Part shown: piece after piece, positions 26,001-37,246 of the stretch
Numbering within the stretch: the first letter of the stretch is position 1
How the letters are laid out: each line of letters starts with the position of its first letter
DNA from: Tubulanus polymorphus
Taxonomy: Eukaryota > Animalia > Nemertea
Length of the DNA stretch: 64,000 nt
Assembly (NCBI RefSeq): GCF_964204645.1
Contig: NC_134029.1
Span: 12,488,850 to 12,552,849, forward strand
Direction of reading: 5' to 3'
Program-made: the position numbers and the translations under genes
The notes under the pieces: model-generated
Told to the model about the DNA's origin: nothing
The model's database searches: none
Seen by the model: only the letters and a program-made list of their open reading frames with translations

Positions 26001-26919
26001 TATTTCATTTAGTCAATCTAAGTGGTTAGAAAAATATATAGATTTTAACACCAAACAGAGAACTGAAGCTAAAACTGATTTCGAGAAAGATTTCTTCAAG
26101 TTAATGAATAATGCATTCTATGGTAAGACTTGTGAAAATATTAGAAATAGAAATGATATTGAGTTAGTTAGTAATGGTAAAAGAATTAGACATTTACAAA
26201 CATATCCTAAGTTCATTGGTAACAGAATATTTGATGAAAATTTAGCCGCAGTTAAGATAAGAAGAACATCAATGAAATTTAATAAACCAATGTATGTTGG
26301 CGCTTCAGTTTTAGAATTATCAAAATTACTAATGTATGAATTCTATTATAATATATTACAACCACTTTTTGGAGAAAAACATATAGAAATATTATATTTT
26401 GATACCGATTCTTACATATTTAAGATAAAAACTGATAACATAACAGATGATTTAAAAACATTAAAACATCATTTTGATTTCAGTAATTATCCCAAAGATC
26501 ATGAATTGTTTAGCAATGATAATAAAAAAGTTCCCGGGAAGTTTAAGGATGAATTAGGTGGTGAAGAAATGATTGAATTCATGGGTATTCGATCTAAAAT
26601 GTATTCATATAAAACTAAAGAACATGAAGCTAAAAAGTTAAAAGGAATAACAAAAAGTGTAGTAGAAAAGAATATTCATTTCAAAGATTATATCAATTGT
26701 ATATTCAATGAAGAAGTTAGAAAACATAAGATGAGATGTTTAAGATCTGAAGATCATGAAATGTTTATTGAAGAAATTGAAAAGATTAGTCTAAACGCAT
26801 TTGATGATAAAAGATATATTTTAGATGATGGAATTCATACAGTTGCTTATGGTTGCAATTTAGATGAATACTTAAAATTTAAAAGAGAAGAAACAAAAGA
26901 GAATGAGATAATGAAATGA
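22906..26919 (+). pseudogene. Protein-primed family B DNA polymerase (pPolB), one in-frame stop
   Basis: N-terminal C2H2 fingers, YGDFES (Exo I), FHNLSGYD (Exo II), IDANNLYG (A), KLMNNAFYGK (B), YFDTDS (C). TAA at 25594 replaces the Tyr seen in C (KLLYIDANN); the two ORFs are in frame. Confidence 0.95.
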
Positions 26920-26963
26920 ATTCTAACGTGTTAATCAAATTTTAATAAAAATATGTATTATAA

Positions 26964-27317
26964 ATGGAGAGTAAACAAACACACAGTGAGAACAACAAAT
27001 TATTTCTAGATAGAATTAAAGATATAACAAATGTAAAATCTGTAAATTATAAATTCAAAAAGTTAACAGAATTAACAATCCATAAGAAATATCTAATTAC
27101 AAATATTGATACAGTTACTAATAACTATGGAGATAAATTAGTTATACACTTAGAATATGAAGGATTAAAAGGAAATACACATAAATTCAGAACATATTTA
27201 CCGGATAGATTTCATAGATTATCAAGTGAAGATTTAGAAGAATTATGTTCTGGAGATTTCTATTTCGTATACAAAGGTAAGAATGAAAAAGGGCACCATG
27301 AAATAGATTTCGAATGA
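26964..27317 (+). CDS. Polinton hypothetical protein
   Basis: Intact ORF, TAAATG start, homolog at 4411..4737. Confidence 0.75.
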   Translation: MESKQTHSENNKLFLDRIKDITNVKSVNYKFKKLTELTIHKKYLITNIDTVTNNYGDKLVIHLEYEGLKGNTHKFRTYLPDRFHRLSSEDLEELCSGDFYFVYKGKNEKGHHEIDFE

Positions 27318-27334
27318 GAAAATATGTAAAATAA

Positions 27335-28097
27335 ATGGTAGAATTAAAAGAATACAGAATATTTGTTGATTCTAGAAGACTTACAAATTATAAATCTCAT
27401 AATTTACTAGTACAATTAGATAGAGAATTTAAGAATTGTGTAGATTTAAAATAAGTTAATATAAGTTTATGTAATTCTTTTTACAATATATCGAATAAAA
27501 CTATTGAACACAGAGCTTTTTTAATTTTTAATAAAAATAAAAATGAATGGGTCTATATATATTTAAAACCGGGGTTATATAATTTAGATACATTAGCACA
27601 AGAAATTAATAGAAAAGCCTGGCACAAATTAGGTAGTAGTTCTGGGTTTAGTATTAGATTTTTTAAAAGTGAGAGTTCTGATAGAATAAAGATAAGTTTG
27701 TCTAATGGTGAAAAACATAAATTTATGGTAAAAAAAACCTTTAGCTAAACTGTTAGGAATTCTTCCAGATAGATCTTTTAAAAATATTGATGCTGTTACA
27801 CCAAACTTAATACCTTACACACATTTTTATATTTATTGCAATTTAATCGATCCTACAAAAACATTCGAAGCAACTAAAGATATAACTTGTAATTCTGGTT
27901 TACTAAACATTTTACCATTGAAGAATGTTAAAGAATTTGGAACGCAAATAAATTATAATTTAACAGAATGTGATTTCAAACCATGCATTCCTCGTTTTAA
28001 TAATTTTTGATTAGAAATTAGAAATCACAATGGATACTTAATTGATTTAAATAATTTCCCTGTAATTTATGAATTAGTTATAAGATGTAGAGAGTAA
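27335..28097 (+). pseudogene. Minor capsid (penton-like) protein
   Basis: Homolog of 56493..57247 (LKPGLYNL, FYIYCNLID, IRNHNGYLIDLN); stop at ~27452, frameshift at ~27730, stop at ~28008. Confidence 0.75.
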
Positions 28098-28113
28098 TTT
28101 TTTCACTATATAA

Positions 28114-28455
28114 ATGAATATAACTGTTGGACCGAGTATATGTTTTGGGTTTGATTTTAAACATGGTAAAGAAATGAGAATTAAACTAAATGATGTAATT
28201 ACTGATATAAAAAGTAAATCATTTAACAATGCGTCAATGATTGATAAAGAAAATTATAATATAGAAAAAGTAATTGATTTAATTAAATCACCTTTAGAAT
28301 ATTATGAATTAAATGAAGATGGAATTATTGATGATATCAAAAACATATTATCCAAAATATATGATAATCATCAAAGTAGTAATGAAATAAATGTTGAATT
28401 AATCATCACTAAGATAACTAAATATTTTGATGATAGTAATTTTTTTGATAAATAA
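28114..28455 (+). CDS. Hypothetical protein (113 aa)
   Basis: TAAATG start; identical protein at 57264..57605. Confidence 0.7.
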   Translation: MNITVGPSICFGFDFKHGKEMRIKLNDVITDIKSKSFNNASMIDKENYNIEKVIDLIKSPLEYYELNEDGIIDDIKNILSKIYDNHQSSNEINVELIITKITKYFDDSNFFDK

Positions 28456-28677
28456 ATGAGGGATAATAAGTGGATAATAACTGGATTATATAATGGCGCA
28501 TTACTATCAGTTGGAACTGTTGGTTATTCAATGGTATTAAAAAAAGTATTTAAAATGGGAAGTGTTAATGTTGATAGATTTGATATAAATGATATTTTAA
28601 AATTAACATTAGCAGTTACTTTATCTAATTCAACTATTGATTATTTGGAAAAACGAAAATATATTCCTCCCATATAA
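28456..28677 (+). CDS. Small hydrophobic protein (73 aa)
   Basis: TAAATG start overlapping the previous stop; frameshifted copy at 57606..57826. Confidence 0.65.
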   Translation: MRDNKWIITGLYNGALLSVGTVGYSMVLKKVFKMGSVNVDRFDINDILKLTLAVTLSNSTIDYLEKRKYIPPI

Positions 28678-28701
28678 ATGCATAATTTTTTTGCTAAATA
28701 A

Positions 28702-29117
28702 ATGGCTTCTGCAATTATAACTATTATAGGATCGGCAATTGTTAACGCTTTAGCATTTACTGGTGGTGGATATTTATTTAAACATATTGAAAAAAAAGTT
28801 CATTAGGAGAACAAAGAAGACATAACTTAGCGTTAGAGAAATATAATAAAGCAGCAGAAGAATATAGAGAAAAAAGATAAAACTATATGGATTATATTAA
28901 CAAGGAATTATATGATCAGAAGATTTCACATAGAGATTTTCAATCAGTTGATGATGCAATGAGTTTAAATAACGCGGTAACAAATAAAGAAAAATTACAT
29001 CTATACAAACCTAAATTATCAGATTATTATACCCCGAGTAAAGAACAACAGAAATATGAAATAATATGGATTTTAGGTGGAACTGTTATATTTGTAGCAT
29101 ATAAATTTACTAATTAG
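28702..29117 (+). pseudogene. Small membrane/coiled-coil protein (MASAIITIIGSAIVNALAFTGGG...)
   Basis: TAAATG start; A-run frameshift at ~28790 and TAA at 28878; the 76-aa ORF is its C-terminal half. Confidence 0.65.
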
Positions 29118-29136
29118 TAATTTTTTTTCTAAATAA

Positions 29137-29571
29137 ATGGAAGATAAAGTTGATAGTATTGATATTATTCCTCATGATATAAATAAAACTAAATTAAAAA
29201 TATATTTAGAAAAACAAATATTAGAATTTGAAAGTGACTTGAAGATAAAAAAGAAAAAATATTTAAAAAGTAAAATTATATATTATCTTATTATTAGTGG
29301 TTCGGTTACAATTAGTTCTGTAATAACATTTCTAGCAATGTTCAGTCCATTAACACCTTTAGCTATATCAATTGGTGTATTAGGATTAAGTTCAAGTGTT
29401 TTAACTGGTATAAGTTCAAAATTAAATATAAAAAGTAATAAAGAAAAAATTAAAACTAATATAAAAGAAATTAATAAATTAAAGAATACACTAGACTATA
29501 TAATTAGTTTAAATGGCCATATAACAGTTGAAGAACAAGATAAATTATTAAAAGAATTAATAAATTATTAA
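29137..29571 (+). CDS. Two-TM membrane protein (144 aa)
   Basis: Two hydrophobic segments; identical protein at 58288..58722. Confidence 0.7.
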   Translation: MEDKVDSIDIIPHDINKTKLKIYLEKQILEFESDLKIKKKKYLKSKIIYYLIISGSVTISSVITFLAMFSPLTPLAISIGVLGLSSSVLTGISSKLNIKSNKEKIKTNIKEINKLKNTLDYIISLNGHITVEEQDKLLKELINY

Positions 29572-29587
29572 TTTTTTTATTATATAA

Positions 29588-30780
29588 ATGGTAGATAGTT
29601 TTCCAAAAGCTTTCCAATATAATAAATCAATTAAGTATAATATTCCAGCAATAGATTTTAATAAAGATATTACATATAGAAATGAAGTTTTAGATTCATT
29701 AACTAATTTAGAAATTTATGTTACTGAAACTAATAATTTTAATGCAAAGATGGAAAATATATTTCATGTATATTTAATTAATTTTAAAAAATTGGAAGAT
29801 GAAAAACAATGGTTATTAAAATCTAATATGAAGTATTGGCAGAAGCAATTAAATTTTGCTGTTTATTGCGCAACAACAGGATGTGGAATAAGTTGGAATG
29901 ATCATTTAAATAAACCAAGTTTACCATTGATGTTATCACTTTTTAGATTTCATACTTATTTTCAAATAAAATTAATATTAGATGAATTAGAATGTCCTTT
30001 ACTAAAAAAAGGACTTCTTAAATTAACTGATGATGAATTAAAACAATTTCCTGAAAAAGCACGTAGAGAAATTAAAGGTATGCAAGAATCAGCTGGTGAA
30101 ATTGCTAATATTAAGATAAGATTTTCTAAAATAACCATGTTAGAAAAAGAATTAACTAATGCAAATGAAGAATTAAAACAATTAGAATTAAATAGAGATC
30201 TTCAATTAATCGAGGAAGCTGATTATGAAAGCAGAAAGTTAGCTTTAGAAAAAGAAATAGATGATTTAGAATATAATATAGAATTACAGAAAGAAGAAAG
30301 AGATACATTATTAAAATCATATGATCTTAATCATATTAAAAAATTAAAAGTTATTTTGAGTTATTAAAGTTATTAAAAGATTTGTTGATAAAACCAGATT
30401 CTAAAATATCATTAAAAGATAGAATAAAATTATTATTTAAATTAGAAGGAATAACAATTCTTTCAATTCTAACAGCTGTAACTATGTTATTTACAACAAT
30501 TGGTTTAGCAATATCAAATGCCTTAAAATCTACTCGTACTCCCAATAAACCAGATAAACCCCCAGGTAATAATTCTATACAAGATAAAGTTAAGGATGGT
30601 TTAAAGAAATTAGCAAAATATTTATGGGAACTATCTAAAAAATCTGCTGCAGCTTTACCAGGAATTATTGCATCAATTGTTGGTTTTATATTGAAATCTG
30701 CAGGAAACATTATTAACTTTGCTGCTGAACATATTATTTTATTTTTAATTACAGTTGTAAGTGCTATTATTTTTGGGTAA
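29588..30780 (+). pseudogene. Deletion-derived fusion of two conserved Polinton genes
   Basis: Matches 58739-59150 up to ELECPL, then jumps to sequence homologous to ~60760-61588; frameshift near 30360. Confidence 0.75.
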
Positions 30781-30850
30781 GTAAATATGATATCAAAAAA
30801 TATCAAGTTACCATGATAAAAAATAAATAATTAATTTTTTAGTTAAATAA

Positions 30851-32101
30851 ATGAGTGGGAGTTATATAAGTCCTTCTAAGATTTCTAGAATATCTGATGC
30901 TATTAAAGCAGAAAGATCACATCATATAATTACTCATAACCCTTCAAATATTAATCCTGATGAAACTTTATATGTTAGAATCCCTCGATTAACACAAAAT
31001 ACTTTTTACGTTCCAAATAGTATTTATTTATCAGCCGATATAAAAGTAATCGGTAATAATAATAATTATGTTGTTGATAATGTTGGAAGATATTTGATTG
31101 AAAAATTAACTATAAAGATTGGTCCAGAAACAGTTTTCTCATTAGATGATTATAATTTATTTATGCATTATAAAGATTTATGGTTAACTAAAGAAAATAG
31201 AAATAATATGATATTTCAAGGAATCCAATCAGAAAACCAAAATAAATTAAGATCAGAAGCTAATAGCGCAATATCAACTAATGCTGTAGATAATTTGATT
31301 AAAAAGATTTATGGAAGCAAATATAAAATTCCATTAGACTTTGAATTGATAAATAACAACGCACCTTTATATAAATATGTAATTCAAGAAGATATTATAT
31401 TTGAGATAACATTTGCTCCTGTTAATGAAATTGTAATATCTAGCGTTGTTAAAGATATGGGTTATAAATTACCGAATATATGTTTAGAATATGATACAGT
31501 AACTGATGAAAATATTTCAAGTATAATTCAAACTCAATACAATCAAGGACTTTCATTATTATATGATTATATTGATAAATTTAAAACCGTAACTATTAAT
31601 GCAAATGATGAAATAATTAATGAGAATATTAACTTCCCAAGAAGATCTATTAAAGGTATATTAATATTTTTTACCATTGCAACATATACTAATGGCGCAA
31701 TAAATGTTGATAATTATTATAATCCTGAAATAACAAAAGTAGAAATAACTATCGAAGGAATAGCAAATAAAATATTTTGTCAAGGAATGAGAATGATTGA
31801 TCAGTGGCCAGAAATTAGAAAACATTTTATGAATGAAAAAGTAAAATCATCTGAAAATTGTAACATTAATCAAATTGATTATTATACCGGTAATAAATAT
31901 GCATTATGGTTAGATTTTAGAACAACAGAGGATAATTCATTACATGGTTCTGGAAAAAAACTACAGAACACTAAAGATGGAATACAATTATTCATGACAA
32001 AGAATAAAGGAATCAAAAAAAATTTTAAAATGCACATTTATATTATATCTGACGCGCAATTAAATATTGTAAATTCACAATTAGATAGTGTTATGTATTA
32101 A
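30851..32101 (+). CDS. Major capsid protein (double jelly-roll), inferred
   Basis: 416-aa beta-rich ORF of MCP size in a Polinton; motifs THNPSNI, NICLEYD, YALWLDFRT.EDN.LHGSG recognised from invertebrate Polinton MCPs. Confidence 0.8.
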   Translation: MSGSYISPSKISRISDAIKAERSHHIITHNPSNINPDETLYVRIPRLTQNTFYVPNSIYLSADIKVIGNNNNYVVDNVGRYLIEKLTIKIGPETVFSLDDYNLFMHYKDLWLTKENRNNMIFQGIQSENQNKLRSEANSAISTNAVDNLIKKIYGSKYKIPLDFELINNNAPLYKYVIQEDIIFEITFAPVNEIVISSVVKDMGYKLPNICLEYDTVTDENISSIIQTQYNQGLSLLYDYIDKFKTVTINANDEIINENINFPRRSIKGILIFFTIATYTNGAINVDNYYNPEITKVEITIEGIANKIFCQGMRMIDQWPEIRKHFMNEKVKSSENCNINQIDYYTGNKYALWLDFRTTEDNSLHGSGKKLQNTKDGIQLFMTKNKGIKKNFKMHIYIISDAQLNIVNSQLDSVMY

Positions 32102-32133
32102 AATTTTAACTTTAATAAAAAATCTTATATTAA

Positions 32134-32925
32134 ATGGAAGGAGGTAAAGTATATAAACATATTCCATACATTGAAAAACATGAAAATAATGATGGTTTAT
32201 ATTATGTAATACCTTGTAATATAGCTTTGATATTTGATCCTATTTTCAAAATTTATAAAACTAAACTAATAGAAATCGATAATAATAAAAGTGGTGTTGT
32301 TGATAATTTAAGTAATGTAATTGATAATAATGTTTTACCTTCGACATCTGATAATGTTTTACCTTCTACATATAATAATGAAATAATATTAGATTATAGT
32401 GAAAATAGAAATTATTGTGATTATTGTAAAGGTGAATTTTCAAACGCTCCATCAAATTGGAATAAACATATGAATACAAAGGTACATATTACTAATGTAA
32501 TAGAACATGTTGGTTTAAGAGAATTTATAGAACACCCATTTAGATATGTTACAAAATTTGTTTCAAATAAAAAAGTAAATGGTCAAGAATTATATGAAGA
32601 TTTTTTATTAGCAACACCTAATAAAGATGAATTAGATTTAACTGATGCTAATAAAATATTAGGATCAAATATTGTAAATGAAATATTAGGAGCAAACACT
32701 AAAAAAGATGATAATGAAAATGGTGCCATACGGCACCCACATGGTGATATAGTTACAGATATTGATATTAAAGATTATGTGGACACACTTTTGGTGAAAG
32801 ATAAAGAAGAAACTTTTGATGATGCGGTAGAAAGGATGAATAAGTATAACAATAAAACAACTATTGATGATGATACGGTAGAGAGTTTGAATAAATTGTT
32901 AGGGTCTGATAGTGAAAGTGATTAA
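32134..32925 (+). CDS. Hypothetical protein with one C2H2 finger and acidic tail
   Basis: YCDYCKGEFSNAPSNWNKHMNTKVH; TAAATG start. Confidence 0.7.
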   Translation: MEGGKVYKHIPYIEKHENNDGLYYVIPCNIALIFDPIFKIYKTKLIEIDNNKSGVVDNLSNVIDNNVLPSTSDNVLPSTYNNEIILDYSENRNYCDYCKGEFSNAPSNWNKHMNTKVHITNVIEHVGLREFIEHPFRYVTKFVSNKKVNGQELYEDFLLATPNKDELDLTDANKILGSNIVNEILGANTKKDDNENGAIRHPHGDIVTDIDIKDYVDTLLVKDKEETFDDAVERMNKYNNKTTIDDDTVESLNKLLGSDSESD

Positions 32926-32954
32926 GATATTAATTATATTTAATTCAAATAATA

Positions 32955-33335
32955 ATATTAGTTGAAAATTGTATAAAATAATAGAAAATAAAAAGGGGTT
33001 TTTAAGTATTTAAGGTATTTAAGGTATCTAATACATATCTAATACATATCTAATACATATTATTTGAAAATACCTTAAATTATATTTCTTTTTTAAATTT
33101 ATGTTGAAACCTCAGTAATAATGAATAACCTTTATTATTTTCAAACTTATTCATATATTAGTTGCAATAATAAAAAATAAATTGGTTGAAAATTGTATAA
33201 ATAATATTTATTTTAAAAAAGGGGGTTTTAAGTATTTAAGGTATCTAATAGGGTATCAGGTATTAGGGTATCAGGTATTAGGGTATCAGGTATTGGGGTA
33301 TCTAATAGGGTATCTAATACATAGGTATATAAATA
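32955..33335. repeat. Intergenic duplicated block with short tandem repeats between convergent genes
   Basis: ttgaaaattgtataa...aaaaggggtttttaagtatttaaggtat occurs twice, followed by (atctaatacat)n and (gggtatcaggtatta)n. Confidence 0.8.
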
Positions 33336-33336
33336 G

Positions 33337-33949
33337 TTATTTTATACATTTATATTCATATGGAAATTGTAATCTCAGTAATAATTTTGAACCTTTATTA
33401 TTCTTTAATTTATTCATATATTCATCATATAATTCAGTAGGTATAATTTGATTTTCTTCCAATGATTGTTGCATAGATTTTCTATCTTTATTGTAGAATA
33501 AAACTAGAAATCTTATATTCTCCCTAAAGTCTTTAACAATTGAATTATATTTTTGATTTAAAACCCATGTTGTTATCCCAAAATGTCTTCCAGAGAAAGC
33601 TAAATAACATAACTCACTTTCTCTCACTTTTGAATCATGTAAATTTTGCGCAATCATCTAAAATGAATAATGTATTTGATCCTTTATAAGTATCAATTGC
33701 TATTTTTATACAATTATCTAAATTTTCTTTTACTGTTTTAGGATCTAATATAATAAACTTTTTTATCTTAACTATATCTCTATTATATGTTTTATTCATT
33801 TCATAAGTAGGACAGAATAATATTATATTATCAAAATGATTCTTATAAATAGTTTCTAGCAAGTCTAATATGAAATGTGCTTTACCACAGTTTGTTACTC
33901 CAGTAACTAACATATTATGCGGTTCAAATATAAATAAATCTTTATTCAT
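33337..33949 (-). pseudogene. A32/FtsK-like packaging ATPase (element B), one frameshift
   Basis: GVTNCGKA, LFILDDC, SGRHFGITTWVLNQKY; split near 33645. Confidence 0.92.
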
Positions 33950-35027
33950 TTATTCTTTTAATTTTACTAGATAAAATCCATTCATTAAATTTATCATCGT
34001 ATCCTTTATATTTCACCAAAGAATACTTTTTTCCTTTAAGAGTTTTTGTTTTCAATACTTTTTCTATTTTGTATTCTATTTCATCTGGATTTGGTACAAG
34101 TGATAATTCTTGTTCATAGAAATAACCTAATATTTCTTCATCTTTTAGATCTTCTAGTTTATAAACAAAAGGTTTAGTTAATATTATCTTTTTAATCTTA
34201 AATATTTCTTCAGTAAAATTAGGAGTATAACCTTTATAAAAGATTTTTCTATATTTAGATATTCTAACGTGTTGTCTTATTTTAAATTTAGGTTCGCCGA
34301 AATCATGTGTAACAAACGCTCCGTATAAATTATTCCAAACTATTTCCGAATTATCTTCTTTTCTAGCTTGTATAGGTTTCATATTTATAGAACTACGTTT
34401 AGAATTATTATAACCTTTCACTAAATCATCTAACACATCGATATATTTATATGTTTCATTAGCAGTAAAGTATTTCCACATTCTAGTTTCCAATGTTTTA
34501 TTAAATCTTTCTATAATAGATGCTTTTTTATCTGAATGTGTTGAAAAATAATCTACATCGTTATCAGATAATAGTTTTTTAAAATGTTTGGTATAAAATT
34601 CCTTACCTTCATCAAATTGTATCTTATCTGGAATAGCTTCTTTAAATATAGATTTAAAAGCATTTGTTACTTCTATACAAGTTTCATTTTTGATTGGAAT
34701 TGACCATGCGTATCTACTGAATATGTCTATAACATTCAGTATCCAGAAATATCCTTTGTTGTATTCTTCTAAGTTCTTCATATCAATTAAATCTGCTTGC
34801 CATTGTTGATCGATATATGAAACCATAACTTTTCTTGTTAAATAGGTTTTATCCATTTTCTTATGTATTTGATATGTGGGTTGGTTTTGTAACCATGATT
34901 TTAATTCACTATATTTTATATCACTATTATCAGATTTTATTTTATTCCATAATTCTGAAACGTTAGAATATGATACTTCACTTTCTGGGTTATAATATAA
35001 ATCTCTTAAATATTGTTCTTTTTTCAT
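33942..35027 (-). CDS. Retroviral-like integrase with chromodomain (open frame)
   Basis: QWQADLID, QFDEGKEF, IIERFNKTL; C-terminal LVKYKGYDDKFNEWI. Confidence 0.95.
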   Translation of the reverse strand: MKKEQYLRDLYYNPESEVSYSNVSELWNKIKSDNSDIKYSELKSWLQNQPTYQIHKKMDKTYLTRKVMVSYIDQQWQADLIDMKNLEEYNKGYFWILNVIDIFSRYAWSIPIKNETCIEVTNAFKSIFKEAIPDKIQFDEGKEFYTKHFKKLLSDNDVDYFSTHSDKKASIIERFNKTLETRMWKYFTANETYKYIDVLDDLVKGYNNSKRSSINMKPIQARKEDNSEIVWNNLYGAFVTHDFGEPKFKIRQHVRISKYRKIFYKGYTPNFTEEIFKIKKIILTKPFVYKLEDLKDEEILGYFYEQELSLVPNPDEIEYKIEKVLKTKTLKGKKYSLVKYKGYDDKFNEWILSSKIKRINE

Positions 35028-35033
35028 CTTATT

Positions 35034-35516
35034 TTAACCCATTAATAATAATTTAGATTTAGTTTCAATAGCTTTATGATTTGACTTATTTTCTGGTATA
35101 ATAGGTTTATTGTCTGTACACGGATAACTAAGTTTCCGATCATCATTGGAATCATCTTTATCATCAGATTTGAATTTTGATTTATATATTACACCGGATA
35201 ATATAATAACTGTGATTAACCCAATTGTAATATATAATTTATAATTACTTCCAGCATTAGAAGAATCAGATGGATTATCATTCGAATCAATATCGGATAA
35301 TTTCTGTGATTCATTTATATCAGTTAATTTCTTTTTCTTATCTTTTTTTAATTCTGAAGATCTTTTACCTAATTCTCTTGCCCATTTAATTTGTTTCTCT
35401 ATATCAGTTAATTTCTTTTTCTTAGCTTTTTTTAATTCTGAAGATCTTTTACCTAATTCTCTTGCCCATTTAATTTGTTTCTCGGATCTAGCCTTTTTCT
35501 TAACTCCATCACTCAT
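35034..35516 (-). CDS. Basic single-TM protein with internal 27-aa duplication
   Basis: EKQIKWARELGKRSSELKK twice; hydrophobic LYITIGLITVIILSGVIY. Confidence 0.7.
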   Translation of the reverse strand: MSDGVKKKARSEKQIKWARELGKRSSELKKAKKKKLTDIEKQIKWARELGKRSSELKKDKKKKLTDINESQKLSDIDSNDNPSDSSNAGSNYKLYITIGLITVIILSGVIYKSKFKSDDKDDSNDDRKLSYPCTDNKPIIPENKSNHKAIETKSKLLLMG

Positions 35517-36111
35517 TTATTTTAGTTAATTTTTGTTCTGATTCATTTTCTGTTTCACTGTTTGGTTGTAGTACATCTGTTTCGTTCTTACCTGATTTAT
35601 ATTCCATAGGCTTGATATTCGAAAATGTAATGACACCAGTAGAAATTAATGTCATAACCGATCCTAATTGGAATGAAGCATAACCAACCCATTTTTGTAA
35701 TTCAGTCATAACTAAGTAGTCATTTTTCAAATCACTATATAATTTATTTTCGTCATCAATTGGTATTAACTGGTTACATAACTTAGAGTAACATTTGACA
35801 ATACTATCTGAAATAGAATCATTTATTCGAGCCAATCTAGCTTCTTCATAAATCTTAAAATATTTTATTACTTTATCGGGTTTCATAGAGTCTAGTTCTT
35901 GAAAAGTAATGATTCTATTTAAAAACTCATTAGTTTTTCCACCGGCAATCAATAGTTCTATATGGTGCTTACAATATAAATAGTATTCATAATCTATATT
36001 GTTATTAACTTGAATAGAATTAGAAACAACTGTATCTTTATTATCACTAATACCCAAATCATCTAATGTCTTTTCAATATCAATACTATTCTTATTAGAT
36101 TTCTTTGACAT
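35509..36111 (-). CDS. Polinton hypothetical protein
   Basis: Homolog in A (4913..5803); TAAATG start. Confidence 0.75.
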   Translation of the reverse strand: MSKKSNKNSIDIEKTLDDLGISDNKDTVVSNSIQVNNNIDYEYYLYCKHHIELLIAGGKTNEFLNRIITFQELDSMKPDKVIKYFKIYEEARLARINDSISDSIVKCYSKLCNQLIPIDDENKLYSDLKNDYLVMTELQKWVGYASFQLGSVMTLISTGVITFSNIKPMEYKSGKNETDVLQPNSETENESEQKLTKINE

Positions 36112-36360
36112 TTATATTAGAGAAAAAAAGCAAAAAAAATATTATAAATATTCTTCAAATGATACTAGATAGTTAAAGTTAAAGAACTCTAGTATTGACT
36201 ACTGATACAAGCTAATTGAGTTTAAAGAATTTCTATTTGAATCTATTCAAAATATAAAGTTTTCTCTTTTTGAAAAGAAAGTATTAAAAATCTAATAGAA
36301 TTCACTAGCTAGTTGAAGTTATTGTTTTTTAAATACTTTTTATTTAAATTAGGATTTAGA

Positions 36361-37240
36361 TTATCTCACTACTATTGTCTAGCTATTAGGAGCAGTAACT
36401 ATAACTGTCCAGATAAGTCATTTCGGATTCTCGATAATAAATCCTAAAACTGAAAATAAATTCAAAGAAACGACTGGTGGAAATACTATTTCATGAACAC
36501 ATATATTTTATTCTACAATCATTATCGATTTCCACATTCCAAGCCGCTCCAGAGAGGAGCGGTAAGGTATGCGTGGAATGCAGGAATCAATAAAATACAA
36601 TACAACATCTGTCACTGTGCGACATTAACATTGAAATTCCGACAAACGTAATGCATTGAAAGCCTATGCAGTAAGGCTAAATGAGTCTCATGAGTTGAAA
36701 TATCCATTATTTCTGATTCCACATCCATCTATCTTCACTTTCTTGATTCAATAGTCTTCATTTTGTTATCTAAAAGATAAATATCTAGCGTAGAATAAAA
36801 CTAACTTGAAGTTGTAGTTGTAAAATATTAATTACAACACTTAAACATGACCATTTTGTGGCTCATCTTACCAGGATAAGTTTTACATGTTTAGCGTTTT
36901 CCAACGCCTTAATAACAACAAAAACAGTACTTACATTTATAACTGTAAACTCCTAAAATTGTGTTTATAGAGAGAATATCCTATACGTTCCTATGCTTAT
37001 GTGCTGCGCGCTTATAACTGCCAGTTATTCACTAGCTAAACACTGTCTGGTGCAACAGATGTTCCTTCCTTTGTAATATAATTGATTAATCCTTTTCAAC
37101 TGAAATAGCACATTCGATCAATATTCAAATGAGATACACCCTATTCAACTGAATATGAAATGCGGCACAGATGTTTTTGTAAACAACCTAATACAATACA
37201 TACAGGCGGTTTGACATAAATCGAGAGTAACCGGTTTTCT
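36361..37240. ncRNA. Candidate structured non-coding region
   Basis: No ORF in the track; more GC-rich than flanking genes; several hairpins visible; includes a motif conserved in element A. Function and strand unproven. Confidence 0.3.
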
Positions 37241-37246
37241 AAGCGT

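Noticed and set aside
30351-30806. Antisense and repeat-derived short ORFs (also 5040, 33182, 37877, 52615, 63019)
   Set aside because: Shadows of real genes or of simple repeats, lacking the TAAATG start.
36112-37246. Group I intron call
   Set aside because: No P7/J8-7 consensus or interrupted host gene identified by eye; kept only as a candidate structured region.
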